Source of the DNA: Cladosporium halotolerans
Taxonomy: Eukaryota
Assembly (NCBI RefSeq): GCF_011745625.1
Contig: NW_027191454.1
Span: 434,001 to 498,000 of the forward strand
Length of the DNA stretch: 64,000 bases
Reading direction: 5' to 3'
Positions 1-12,697 of the stretch are shown here, piece by piece; the stretch's first letter is position 1; each line of letters opens with the position of its first letter. Position numbers and translations under genes: made by a program. The notes under the pieces were generated by a model. That model saw nothing but the letters and a program-made list of their open reading frames with translations. It had not been told where the DNA came from and made no database searches.

Positions 1-8
1 TTTTCTCA

Positions 9-3000
9 GTGCTCCTTCTTCTGACCTCGAAGACAGCACCACCAGCACAATCTTTTGTGCAACCGCCGTCGCCGCCCTCGCCTACCTTCTCTCCCTCGCC
101 GCCCTCCTCACCACCACCGCCTCCTCCCCCTCCGGCGGCGGTACGACCACCGCCGCCACCACCAATGCAGTCGCGGCCGGCCGCCGAGCGGCCCTCCCGG
201 CTGTCCCTGCTCCCGGTCGTGCGGGACCTCGACGCGGCTGCAGCAGGGCAGCCGGGAGCAACTCCATCTGGCCCGGTCAGCCAGATGGAGTGGGACGAGG
301 AGGAGGAAGCTCCTCCTCGTTCCCGTGAGAAGGTACGTCAACGTTTTCGTGAAGTCTTCAGGCGGGCAGCGCAGGCAATGGAGGAAAGGGCAGCAAGGGT
401 AGCAGCAGAGGGAGTGAAGGAAACGCAGCGAGAAGATATTGGAGTGAAAGTCACGCGCGGACGGACTGCGTCGAGTCAATTGGATCGAGCGATCAAACCA
501 CGCCGAAGTGAAAGCGTCAAGATCGCACGCGCCGGCATCGAAAAACGCCGGCTACGAGAGGTGAGTATCCCCAATCTTCAGGCGTTGACACCTCACTTAC
601 ACTTCACAGCTCCCCAGCTCACGAGCTCACGATGAGCTCATGTCGCCCGGCGCCTTCGCGCAGCAACGCGCGTTCCCATTGACAAGGATTGATGCTAAAT
701 TGACTGAACAGGGAGCACCCTGGCCCAAGAGGCTGAGGGAGAAGGTGTCGGCGCGCTCGTTGAGGAGCAAAGGCTCTCTCACGAGCCTCAAAAAGCCGGG
801 GCAGGGCCCCGCAACATCCCAGAGCTCGCTGAGCTCTTCTTCGCCGCGCCCGCCGGCCGTCAGTGGCATATTTGCCACTGAGACGTCGCCGCCGGTGCCA
901 CCAATCCCGGCGAAGTACGCCCACGAGAGATGTGGGCGCGTCGGGAAGGCTGGGGCACCAGGCCCCATCGACGACGATGTCGCGCCGTTCCTCTCTTGGG
1001 AGGGGCGTGCGCCGGCCGGCGAGGCCAAAAACTCGCCGGAATGGCGGATTACTCCGCCGAGTCTGCGGAGCAAGCTCCAAAGACTCGCCAGCAGCACGAC
1101 GGTCAACACCAGACCGTCCGACGAGTTTTCACCAGGGTCAGAGGACCCATCCTGGGACGCCGCTGTCGACCGGGTCAAGGAGCAAGTGCTCCAGCGGCAG
1201 CAAGAGGAGCTCCGCAAGCAGAAGGCCGCCGAGAAGGCCGAGAAGAAATACCTGAGAAGCGTCAGCAGAGACCGCGCAGGACATTTCAAATGGGCAAAGC
1301 AGGCGATCGATCTCCTCGTTGGCAAATACGACCAGCACGGCTGGCTGCCGAAGAAAGACCCCGACGATTTCGACGACGACGACTGGAAGTTTGTCCTGGA
1401 GACTCTCAATCACAAAGACACGAGGGCACTACGCGACAAGCTCTTCCAGCGGCCAGAATGGCAAGGAGCGGACATGATCCGCCGACACAAATACGATGAG
1501 GAGATGATCAAGAACCCGACACCTGAGTTCTTGGCCGCCCGGAAGGCTGAAGATGCTGAAAGGCGCAAAGAGTACGGTTTCCGCAAAGCATGCGGTATGC
1601 TCACCAACGAAGAAAAAGAGCGCGAGCGCCTTCATCCAACGCCTGCCCCCACTGGGTTGGGAATCAGCATCCCATCAGAGCTTGCTGCGCAGTATGCCCG
1701 GGTACCACACATGCCCTACATTCCAGGAATATCGTTATCACAGCCAGACTTGAGACTCGAAAGGCCCGGGGACAGCAGCCCCCAAGAAGGTGTTGAATCC
1801 GCGGCTCGTTGGGGCATGGAGGAACTGACTGGTACGTTCAATATCGAAGGCTTTGACCCGCGTCTCAGTCGGCTTGGATCTCCAGAAGTGAAGCGGTACA
1901 TCCAAGAGAGTACTATTTGCGAGCAGCATCCTGGAACATTAGTGCAACCAGATACTCGATTTCTCAGGTCACTAGACCCACGACAAAGCCCTGCCGGATG
2001 TTCCCCAAAGGCACAAAGCACATCGATGCCGCGCCGGCCAAGTTTGAGAAAAGCGGCTAGTACGAGTAATCTCAGCACAAGCGCCTCAAAGTATTCGCAT
2101 CCAGCGATCCAAGCTCAATTACAAGCGATCAAGGCAGGTTCACCAATCTTACCCACTGTAGGTATTCACCCCGCTCTGCGTCAACCCCAACCCTCTTCTA
2201 CTTATCCAGCTACACCACGTACAGCGGCACCTCGTCTTTCGAGAGTAGCAGAGGCCAGTCCGGAAAAAGACGCCTCATCAACTATACCGTCAGAGGTTTC
2301 AACAACTCCAGACAATGTCCGCCGTCAGGTTATCACCACGGACCAAGCCAGCGAGCATGGCCAGACTGAATCACAATCTGCAACTCAACCTCGTAAGAAA
2401 TCACATCTGGTAAGAGCCAGGAGCGGGTCCAAGAGGTCTCCGCTGTCGAAATTCACGTCTTCTTTCGCAAGCCTTGCGCGACTGCCAAAACTCGGCCCCG
2501 GTCCCAAAAGCGCACCACTCTCACGGAAGACTTCCGTCTCTGCGACCAAACGTAGTTTTCGTGTTCTTCCACCACGAGCCAACACAGGCGAACTCACCCG
2601 TAACGCTGGAGCGAAGACTTCACCAAAGCCAAGCGTTTCTAGTCCACCCCCGAATACTGAACGGCATGGTGAAGATCCGCCAGCCGATGACACAAAAGGG
2701 CTTGCGCTTGCGGTCAGCCAGGAGGCTCGAATGAGTCGGCCTCCGACGCTACTAAATCCAAGCGAACTTCAAGCGTTAGACTTGACGTGTTACGATCCTG
2801 ATGAGACCGCACTGCGGCCACTGTCCACACTTACTCCAAGAGACAGATTGTCCGCCAAAAGAAGCGGTATACCAGTGGCGCCTGGATCTTCTTTGAATGC
2901 TGTTGGTGGCCTAGCAAACCCGGCAACACCGCATCGCAGGCATGGCAAACTCCCGGTACGAAATTCAAGCAGACAATGGGCTCAAAACCCGGCCCGTGCA

Positions 3001-4548
3001 ACAAGCGATCAATCTCGCGCGGGTCCTTCGAATGCCCCTGTCGACAGCACAACGGATGCACAGACGAGCGCATGGCAACCCACCACTTCTCCATGCTCAG
3101 ATGCTCAGAGACAAGGAGAGCCTAACACGGAGACTGAAGATGAAGATCCAAGAAACCGCATGCAATACCCCATCGAGCAGTCCACCGACCTGGCTCACGC
3201 CGCTGGCCTCGATAGACAGCGTGCATGGCGTCGAGTACAAGCACAAGCTCCAAGTGGACCGAGCGTAACCTCTGCAGCTCATCACGTGCCTCGCGGACCT
3301 CCAAGAGAGCAATCAAGAGGTGATCACATGCTTGAGACCGAATCACATGGTCCGGAAGGGAGCAACGCATCGAGCAACCACCCTTCAACGCCTGAACGTT
3401 CGCAGCGATTAAAACCAACTGCATTCACTGTACCGCGTGCCACAACGCCCTTCAACGAAGCTGTCGCAAGCTGGAGTCCCATCACACCAACTCACGACCG
3501 CCATTCAGAAGAGCTACCATCACGCCTCGGAAACATGGCCACTAGCAGACACTCCGAAGATCGCGGCATGACTCCAGGAGAGCAGCCATCGTGCATTGAG
3601 GACATTTGGACCAGCAGACCCGCCGAATCTGGCGACTGGGACCCTAACACTCTATCCTCGACGGATAATACGGAGTCGGTGTTGGATAGGGTCGTATCAG
3701 CACCCCAGGGACATTGCCGCGCCAGTCCACTGGCCTCGCCGCGAACATTAGGCAGGCGAAACTTCAGCAATCCAGGATACAGCACGCCCACAAGCGGACC
3801 TTCCAAGCTGCGCCAGATGACGAGAAGTAAAACCCCAGGCGAACACTACGCTGACAAGAATCAGGCAGAGAAGAGAACCGGTACGGAGAACGTCGAAGAC
3901 GACATCTGTTTCCAGTCGGTCATCGAAGCCTGGCAGAAGTCCAGCCCGCTCCCGACGCAGGAAAGCCATGGTTCTCTGGCCTCCTTCCACAGCCAAGAGA
4001 TCCAAGCCCTGCGCTCAGAAGCCGGCCTCGAACCGTTACGCGAACATATCCCAGGCAACGAGCGCCACCCGAACCATCACTATACGTGGAACACCAAGAA
4101 GCTGATGTGCCGCCGCATTCACAACCCGGGCGTCGTCCTCCCGGCCCTGCCGTCGCCGACGCTGGGCAAGTCGACCAACATGGCCGAGTACGCCGACGAG
4201 TTCTTCATCAGCAACCCGTACACCGACGAGCCCCGCGGGCCCGAGCGCTGCGTTTCTTGCCAGGGTTTCTGCTGCCGCTTCTCCGACATGGTCGTTCGGA
4301 CTCAGACACGCGACACTGATATCTTCCTCGTGAACGAGCGCCACCGAATTCAGGACCTGGTGGCGAAATTGCGCGTCACAAAGCCCAATGGCATTGAGGA
4401 GTGGAGCTCTTTCTTGACCTGTTCGCAGTGCGAGCGCCGCTTCTGCCCGGACTGCATTGTGCTCTGCTCAGAGGAGCTGTGTCAAGAGCCGGTTTGTGTC
4501 GATTGCAGAGAGGCGAGGCAGTTGTGCAGGATTCACAATATGTTTTGA
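9..4548 (+). CDS. Large, mostly low-complexity (Pro/Ser-rich) hypothetical protein with a C-terminal Cys/His-rich putative zinc-binding region; true start uncertain, possibly upstream of the window
   Basis: ORFs 9..635 and 640..4548 join in frame through a phase-0 intron at 561..609 (GTGAGT...TTGAC...CACAG), giving ...RRLRE/LPSSRAHDELMSPG... The C-terminus reads CVSCQGFCC...CSQCERRFCPDCIVLCSEELCQEPVCVDC...CRIH. Confidence 0.7.
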
Positions 4549-5226
4549 ACAGAAGTGTGGTTTTGTGATTGGAATGGATTATCAGGAGCACTGAGACTTG
4601 GATGATCGCACGAGTGACTGCGAGGATGCTTCATCATTGGCCGTCTCTACACACTCTGAGAGACTCGATGTCTGCAGCATGCAATGACGGAACTCGCGAA
4701 GAGATTGGAGTTTTGGAGATTGAGGATCCCGAATGGATAGCGAATGGATGACCAATGGATAGTGAATCAATGATGGCACACGGAGTTTTAACGATCGAAG
4801 CAATCGCTCTTTTTCGCTAACAATGCCATGCTCATATGATTGTTCAAGTAACGTGTAGATGCATGGAACTGCTCGCGTGAGACATGAAGGTGAGGTCCGC
4901 GCTGGCCTCGGGCAGCAAGCCGACTTGGCGCGACGTCAACGTCGAGCCGGGGACCTGACAAACCTACAACAGTCTCGCAGTAGCCTGGAGGCTGTGCAGC
5001 ACTTCCTTAACCTCTACAGCACACTCGTTTGTGGCGAGCGACACCATACAATCGACACAACGCGGGTCCTTTCGTTAGGCCGCCGCAAGAACTCTCCGCA
5101 GTGGCAGGCCGTTCACATGCTGAGCTAGAAAGTGACACGAGACCTTGAAACGCCGGAGCAAACATACCGGGATCCTACAACACCACCCTCGGCAGGCTGC
5201 AATAGCCTTTCTCGCCATTCGTCAAC

Positions 5227-7226
5227 ATGCCTTCTATTCTGTCGGATGACGACAAGCAGACTGTCAAGCGCACAGTGCCCAAGGCCTCGAACAAGATCCA
5301 CGCCGTGGCCGTCGCCAAACTCTACATTGCACACCCAGCACACCGCGGACGATGGGTCTACACGGGCTTGCAAGGCGCGGCGGTCCTGGCCAATGATCTC
5401 GTCGGTAACACCTACTTCATAAAGATGGTCGACGTCTCACCCTCGAACCGCGGCGTCATATGGGACCAGGAGATATACGACACGTTCCAGTACAACCAGG
5501 ACCGGACGTTTTTCCACAGCTTCGAGCTGGAGGACTGCATGGCTGGGCTGAGTTTCGCGGATGAAAAAGAGGCGAAGCAGTTCAAGAAGAAGGTCGACGA
5601 GCGTGAGAAGAACGCACACAAAGCTACAAAGAGCAAGCCCTTTGCGAGCGGGCCGACTCAGACAGCTCACGGTGGGCAGCAGCAGCCTACGGTGGGTGCT
5701 GGTGGTGGAGGCGGTGGGAAATCGCACAGCAGGTTCGGTCTGGGGTCTCTGTTGGGCGGACGCGACAGGAGTGGTTCGGCGCCGCAAGCTCCTGCTCAGA
5801 GCATTATCCCACCAAGGGGAGTCGAGATTCACAATCAGTACGCACCGGCACCTCCACAGCCTCCACCTTCGAGCAATACTACAGCTTCAGGCATTGACTT
5901 GAACGATCCCGCGGTGAAGAATGTGTTGCAGGACCTCCTGGCCATGGGAATCACCGAGGATCAGATCGAGGAGCATTCTGCATTCATCAAAAGCTACTTG
6001 GAGCAAAACAAAGCTACGGCGGCCGCAGACGCAGAAAAGAAGGAGAGAGCAGCGAGGGCGCCTCCGCCCCCACCGCCTGTTGCGAACTTGAGCCCTCAGA
6101 ACACTGGATCGTCCGGCGGGACTTCAAAGCGTGGGCCACCGCCTGCTCCACCGCCTCCTAGGAAGTCGGCAGCAGGAAACGCATCGCCTGCTGTTCAAAG
6201 GCCACCCAGTCCTTCACCGAGTCCGCCATCGCCTCCCAGGCCTCGTTTCAGAGCGCCGCCGCCGATTGCGGATGCGGGCAAATTCGCGAACCAAGAACCC
6301 TCACGACCCACCCCTGCCCTTCCTTCCAGAAGCCGTGCAACGAGCTCAGCTACGCCTGGCCCGCCTCCTCCTCCGAGACCGCCGAAGACGCCACTCGAGG
6401 ACGAGGCAACCTCTCCCCCGCCTTCCGCAAGCAGATTCAATGTTCCACCGCCCTTCGAAGGCAAGCGCATTCCTTCAGGACCGCCTCCTCCTCCCGCACG
6501 AGCTGGAGGCCCCCCGCCGCCGCCTCCCAGGGACACATCATATCAAGTATCGAACGCTGCAGCAGTTGGGATGCCACCACCGCCTCCGCCTCGTGCACCG
6601 GCATCAGGCGGCGATTCTGGCCCACCTGCACCGCCTCCCTTACCTCCAAGCGCATCGAGGCCAGTTCCTCCGCCGCCTGGGGGCGGTGGCCCTCCTCCAC
6701 CACCACCTCTTCCTCCGACTTCTTCTGGCGCACCGCCGCCACCTCCCCCACCCATGCCGCCAAGCTCTTCTGGTGCCCCTCCTCCTCCACCGCCTATGCC
6801 TCCATCATCAGGCGGGCCGCCTCCTCCACCTCCCATGCCACCGCGTGGTGGCGGTGGAGATACCGGAGTCGGGTCCGACACAGCGGCCGCTGTCCCCAAG
6901 GCCGCTCTGCCCGGGCGCGACGGCCTGCTTGCTGACATCCGTGGAGGCTCCAAGCTCAAGAAAGTCTCAGACGCCGAGAAGCGAGACCGCAGCGCCGCAG
7001 CAGTCCCTGGAAGCGAGCCTGCTGCTCCTCCCCCTGGTGCTAGCGGCGGCGGCGGAGGTGGTGATGCCCAAGGAGGACTGGCGGGTGCATTGGCTAGTGC
7101 CCTCGCAGCTAGGAAGAGCAAGGTATCGCATTCTGGTAAGTGCAATTCTAGACGTTTGGAGTCCCTACCTGGGCACGAGACTGACCGCCCCTCGCAGATG
7201 ACGAGAAAGACGACGACGATTGGTAG
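5227..7226 (+). CDS. LAS17: WASP/Las17/Wsp1 Arp2/3 activator (WH1, polyproline, WH2, acidic tail)
   Basis: N-terminal WH1 domain (IHAVAVAKLYIAHP...WVYTGLQGA...YNQDRTFFHSFELEDC), long polyproline tract and WH2 (GRDGLLADIRGGSKLKKV). Intron 7136..7197 (GTAAGT...CTGAC...GCAG) restores the canonical acidic end HSDDEKDDDDW* (TAG 7224-7226). Confidence 0.95.
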
Positions 7227-8064
7227 CGGGACGATAGATATATTGCTTTGGGCAGCGCGGCCCCTACGCGAGGCCGATCGTGGGCATCGGATACCCCTAG
7301 ATAGCGGCTGCAAAGCCCAATATGAGTTGAGTGTGTGCCATATTGATCAATGCGCCTTACGATGGGTTGATGCACGGCGACGCCATCAGGGCATGGACAG
7401 CGCGGCGTCTGTGCCCACCGGAATGACGGGATCGCCTGAGGCGAAGCGCGCGGGTGCGCCCGCTAGCGCCGCGGACTCGAGCCAGCCGACTGGGAAAGTC
7501 GGCGCTGCGGGCGGCGATTGGCTGTGTTTGTTTGCCTCAGCTGTCCATCGGTCGACGACGGCGCGGCCGTGCCCCTCCTCCACCCACCAGCGTCACGCAG
7601 GCCGTGTGTGCCAGCGCCAGTGCCGTGCCACTCCCAATCCCAGCTTACGTCCCGTCGAGACCTCGCGCCTGCTCGACCACACGTGCCCTGGCCAGCAACA
7701 CCGCCCTCGACCTCACTTCCCTCGCCGCCCGCGCAGCCTCGTCAGGTGACCGTGCCGCCGCCTCGCTCGCTTGTACCACCACCCACCGCCCACTCCTTAC
7801 GCCTCACCACCACACGCCCGGCGCCCGCTGGCTTACTCGCCCACCGCGCCGCGTCCCACCCCGCGCACCACTGGCACGCACGCATCCACAACACCCACCC
7901 ACGCCCACACACCGCGCTCGCCCACCGCCTGCCTTGCGCTCCTCTGCCCGACCAGCTGGGCCGCGCCCAGCACCGGCTGCTGCCATTGACACACCTGCGC
8001 AGAAGGTGCACCCGTCCGGTCTCACGCCTCCTCCGCCGCCGAGCCCGTCGGCAACTGGCCCGCC

Positions 8065-9049
8065 ATGGATCCTCCTCCCTCCGAGCCCCAACAGGTGCCT
8101 CCCGGCAGCAGCGGCAGCAACATCGACGACGCCAGCATGCACACAATCACCGCCTCGTCGATGCAGCAGAACCCCAACCCTAGCTACGACCAGCGCCCGC
8201 AGACCTCCTACTCGGACACGGGCTTCAGCCGAGCCTACTCACAGTCCGCCGACAACACTCCCGACCGAGAACAGAGCGGGAACGGCCTGAGCAGACCGCC
8301 CAGCGCGAGCGCGCAAGGGAGTCAGTATGGAGACAACCGGGCTCAGGCGCAGAAGAATTCCAGTGTCGTAATCAAGGTCGGCATGGTGGGAGACGCGCAG
8401 ATTGGCAAGACGAGCTTGATGGTGAAATACGTCGAGGGCAGCTGGGACGAGGATTACATTCAGACACTAGGTAAGGACCACGTTATTGACGTGCAGCAAT
8501 GTGTACACCGCTGACATCACAACGCAGGCGTCAACTTCATGGAGAAGACAATCTCCATCCGAAACACCGAGATCACGTTCTCGATTTGGGATCTCGGCGG
8601 TCAGCGCGAGTTTGTCAACATGCTTCCTTTGGTCTGCAACGACGCCGTCGCCATTCTTTTCATGTTCGACCTCACGCGCAAGTCCACCCTCAACTCGATC
8701 AAAGAGTGGTACCGCCAAGGTCGCGGCTTCAATAAGACCGCCATCCCTTTCTTGGTTGGCACCAAATACGACCACTTCGTCAACTTCCCACGAGAGGAGC
8801 AAGAAGAGATCTCGCTCCAAGCGAAGCGCTTCGCTAAGGCGATGAAGGCAAGCTTGATCTTCAGCTCGACCAGTCACAGTATCAACGTGCAGAAGGTAAG
8901 AATCTTAGTAGCTTGCGTCTCGAGACAAGCTTGCTAACCTCATGCAGATCTTCAAGATCGTCCTCTCAAAAGCCTTCGACCTGCGCTGCACCATTCCGGA
9001 AATCGAGCACGTGGGCGAACCCCTCCTCCTCTACCAGTCCGTCGGTTAG
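8065..9049 (+). CDS. SPG1: Septation initiation / mitotic exit small GTPase Spg1/Tem1
   Basis: P-loop [31 protein letters not shown] and VGTKYD motifs. Introns 8471..8527 and 8896..8947; last exon [33 protein letters not shown]. Confidence 0.95.
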
Positions 9050-10045
9050 ATCAACAAGGCGCGCCACACCGTCCCAAAGCGTCCTGTCCCGACGACGCAG
9101 CACGTTTGGGAATACGCGAAACATGTCCGCTACGAACAACCGATCGATATTTTTTGATAAAACAGAGGGCTCGCGGGAAGAAGAACAACAAGAAGAAGAA
9201 GAAGCAAAAACATTCAGAAAAGAAAGAACAAGACGAGCCCACAGGCGCATTTCCCCAAAAACGGGAAGGGAGTTTCATTTTTTCTATTGACCACCAACCA
9301 AACCAAACTGGACTGTACTCTTAACCTACCATCCACGCATCGCGGCGCTCGGTCTTTTTCGGCTTTAAGGCGATCAAATCGGCGCGGTATCCTTGAAGGA
9401 TCCGCGGGAGTCGGGAGGGAGCGTGGGAAAGCGGGCTGCATAACCCTGCCTAGTTGTTTTTTTCGTTTCCTTGCGTCGCTTTTCTTTATCTTGCGTCCCG
9501 AAGTACTGGTACTTTCGGACAGCCTAACCCGTCCGCCAGAGCAGAGAGAGAAGAGGACACCGCCACTTTGGGCCGGGGGAAAGGGGAAAAACACTTTCTT
9601 AATAGCAGTCTGCCGCTTTGATTCGAACTCTTCTTCCTTCTTCTCTTCCTTTTTTCTCTTGTGTACAACCGAAGTAATGGGAGGGAAATGCCATTCCAAT
9701 TCGTGCGTTCTTGCTGTATTTCCGCGGGCTCACTAGTGATGTTCTTTGCGCGATGTCGACGGCAACGGGGTCTAGAAGGTTACTGAACAGATACTCTGAG
9801 CTAAGGCAGGCTCATGCAGGTACGAGGGTAAGGCGCCCGGTATCTCGATCTGATGAGATATGCAGGGCCCATGAGGCCGCCTAAAGCGGCCATCCTTCGC
9901 AGAGCCGCGGCCACCATGAGCTTGGGAACCGAACGGCGCATGAAATCCCCACGAAAGCATGAGCGGGATCCGACAGAGGAAAACAAAGTGTGCATATTCC
10001 TACATTAAGGCTAATCTCTACACAAAAACACACAGCGACCATTGC

Positions 10046-12697
10046 CTACAAAGGCGGCAGCCCCTCGCGACAATTCGGGCACTGCAGCCGATACTTCATC
10101 CAGCCCTCCAAGCAGCTCGTGTGGAAGATGTGCCGGCACGGCGTGACCATGTAGAGCCTGCGCGCGAGCACAAAGCCCGCCGCGGCAGACGCCGCTGCGT
10201 CGGCGCCCTCGCCCGCCTCGACGACCGGTACCTCCAGGTCCTGCATGCAGATCGCGCAGTCGAACGTGCGCTTGCCCCTGTCCTTCGCCTCCTTGTGCTG
10301 CAGAGAGCCGCGGCGTGCAGGCCCGTCGGGGCCAGAGACGGAGGCGCGGCGGGAGGAAGGGGGTGAGTGCACGCTGGTGGCGGTTGAGGCGCCGAGAGGG
10401 AGGGTGGCGCCTTCTTCGTCGTAGCGGAGGACGGGGTGGTAGTCGTAGGCGGGCGGGACCCATTTTTCGGAGACGAACCAGCGGGGGCCGAGGAGGTCTT
10501 GGGAGGCGAGGACGACGACTTGGAGCCAGATCCAGATGGTGAGGAGGGCGAGGCTGGGGTAGTCGGCGCTTGCGAAGAGGATGTTGTGCGGGTAGGCGAA
10601 GAAGTAGGCTAGGGGGATGAGGCGGAGTGCGGATTGGCCGAGGACGAAGTCCCATTCGAGGGCGCGGCGGCAGTTGCGTTTGACGTTGCGGACGATTTGG
10701 GGCATCCAGAATGAGAGGTACATGAAGGCGATGAGAGTGAAGAATCCTCGCTGGATTATGGAGGGCCAGCCGAGGGCGTTGATTGAGATGAAGACGACGC
10801 CGAAGAGCATAAGGAAGAAGCGTGCGTAGTGGTAGCCGAAAGATGGCACTCGCGAGTTCGTGATTGCTTCTACCAGCGCGGCGTGCTGCTCTTCAGTCAG
10901 AGGCTGGAGTGGCTGAATGGTTTGGAGGCCAGCTTGGTCAGATGGCATGTAGAACAATGGCGCATCGGCGGCGTTACTTTGAGGAGCCGTCGCGGGGAGA
11001 GGAAGTGTGCCTTCTTGGGTGTTGGGCTGCTGCTGAGTCTGGGGAGTATTCGATGCAGGCTGCGATGGTTGTGTAGCAGCATCCGACTCGGTACGTGGAG
11101 CCGAGTCGTTACCTTCAGCTGAATTCGCCGCCGCATCTGCCGCAGCCTGAGCGGCAGCAGCTTGCCGTCGCTCTCTAGACTCCCGTATTTCAGCGAGCAC
11201 CCTGTCTCTGCGCCTCAGCTCCTCCTCCACCTCAACCCGCTCTCTCTGTCTCAACTCGGGTGCCTGCACATTCCAGATTTGCATGAGGAACTGCATGCCA
11301 AAGAACAGCATACCGGTGAACCCCATGAACGCGACTGCCATGAGGTCCATGGAAAGCCCGTCTGTGACAGCTCCAAGTGTTGCGGTCGCCAAAGTCGCGA
11401 AGCCGTCACCAATCGCCATTCCGAAGATTGTATAAAAGCTGATCCGGCTCCTCGTTGATGGCGTACTAGACTCGGCCATTTGCTTTTTGATCAAGGCTAG
11501 CTGCAATCCCAAAGCAACCATGTACACCAACAAGTGATTGCGGCCTTGTCCGGCCAGCACCTGCGCCTTGGGTCCAGAAAGGTGATTCGCAACTTTTGGA
11601 GAGAACGCAGGCGGTCCTTGCGATTGAAGCACATATCCGCAATCCGGTGAGAATGCTGTCATTTCGAAGCGCATCTCGGGGACTTCTGGAAGAACAGAGC
11701 CAGTGGGGAACCTGAGCTCCCTTTCAAGAAAGGTAAGAAAGCTAGACGAATATGGCGTTCCAGAGAATTTTGGTTCTAGCTGCTGAAGCCAAACAACCAG
11801 CTCGCATCGTGGAGCTCCCATTGAGTCATCAACAGCACCTTCGACGGTCGTTGACCACGGGTTGTGAGCAATGATGTCGCGGTCGATCTGATGCTCTATC
11901 ACCCTCGATATTGACTCGTTGAGCACGGTTTGCGAGAGGTTGAAAGTGTAGTCTGTCGGAGTGAAATGAGGAAGTGCAAATATGCCGGCAAATTTCGGGC
12001 TAGTCGTCGTCAGAACGGCGTGTCCTACATCTTGAAAGTAGACGCCGCGAAGCAGCATCTCGTGCTCGTTCCCGTTGGCATCATCTCCAAGCTTCAACTC
12101 GATGTTCATCTCAGTAATATTTGCCACACCATGCAAGTCGAGCATTCCACTTGCAGGGCCTTTCTCATTGAATTGAATCTTCACATCGCCCTCGTTGCCG
12201 GTGAAGTTCCTTCCGAAATGCCTCTCCCTCTTGGGGCCGCCGAAGGGGTCCTCCCTTGCGTATTGTGTGAGATTGAGGTGAGGCGGTTCGAACCCTGCTT
12301 CCAAGCTCGAGCGAGCCCATCGGCCGTGCACGTATCCTGTGACATTGCTGAACAAGGGGTACGGGCGAGGCTCGACATCCTCGCCTCTCAATGCCCTCTG
12401 TGTCCAGTCTGATTGATCGATTACATGCGACTTGAGACGTGGCCAGGCGTTCCAAGCATATCCTCTCTCGGGCTCGAAGCCCGTGAGGTTGAGGTCTGGA
12501 TAATTATCGGCTTCATCAAATCGCGTGTCGATATATGAGGAGTTATTCAGGACCTCGAGCGAATGCTGCTCCTCGGCGATTGCGTCCTTGGGTGTGGTCC
12601 TAGTGGCAGGATCGTGACGGACATTCTGCGGCGTAGGCGATAATATGATCCATGTCAGAATAAGCAGCGGGAAGAGAGCTCCCCGCCGGTCAGCCAT
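10046..12697 (-). CDS. TUL1: Transmembrane RING-H2 E3 ubiquitin ligase Tul1/Dsc1 (DscA)
   Basis: Signal peptide, lumenal domain, several TM helices, SFWMPQIVRNVKRNCRRAL and PPAYDYHPVL motifs, C-terminal RING-H2 CAICM...YMVTPCRHIFHTSCLEGWMKYRLQCPNCR. Confidence 0.92.
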   Translation of the reverse strand: MADRRGALFPLLILTWIILSPTPQNVRHDPATRTTPKDAIAEEQHSLEVLNNSSYIDTRFDEADNYPDLNLTGFEPERGYAWNAWPRLKSHVIDQSDWTQRALRGEDVEPRPYPLFSNVTGYVHGRWARSSLEAGFEPPHLNLTQYAREDPFGGPKRERHFGRNFTGNEGDVKIQFNEKGPASGMLDLHGVANITEMNIELKLGDDANGNEHEMLLRGVYFQDVGHAVLTTTSPKFAGIFALPHFTPTDYTFNLSQTVLNESISRVIEHQIDRDIIAHNPWSTTVEGAVDDSMGAPRCELVVWLQQLEPKFSGTPYSSSFLTFLERELRFPTGSVLPEVPEMRFEMTAFSPDCGYVLQSQGPPAFSPKVANHLSGPKAQVLAGQGRNHLLVYMVALGLQLALIKKQMAESSTPSTRSRISFYTIFGMAIGDGFATLATATLGAVTDGLSMDLMAVAFMGFTGMLFFGMQFLMQIWNVQAPELRQRERVEVEEELRRRDRVLAEIRESRERRQAAAAQAAADAAANSAEGNDSAPRTESDAATQPSQPASNTPQTQQQPNTQEGTLPLPATAPQSNAADAPLFYMPSDQAGLQTIQPLQPLTEEQHAALVEAITNSRVPSFGYHYARFFLMLFGVVFISINALGWPSIIQRGFFTLIAFMYLSFWMPQIVRNVKRNCRRALEWDFVLGQSALRLIPLAYFFAYPHNILFASADYPSLALLTIWIWLQVVVLASQDLLGPRWFVSEKWVPPAYDYHPVLRYDEEGATLPLGASTATSVHSPPSSRRASVSGPDGPARRGSLQHKEAKDRGKRTFDCAICMQDLEVPVVEAGEGADAAASAAAGFVLARRLYMVTPCRHIFHTSCLEGWMKYRLQCPNCREGLPPL

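Noticed and set aside
7136..7749. C-terminal ~200 aa of the 840-aa WASP ORF
   Set aside because: Artefact of reading through intron 7136..7197; the spliced product ends with the canonical DDDDW* at 7226.
7454..8290. Overlapping Pro/Arg/Ala-rich ORFs upstream of SPG1
   Set aside because: GC-rich promoter/5' UTR sequence with few stops and no recognisable motifs.
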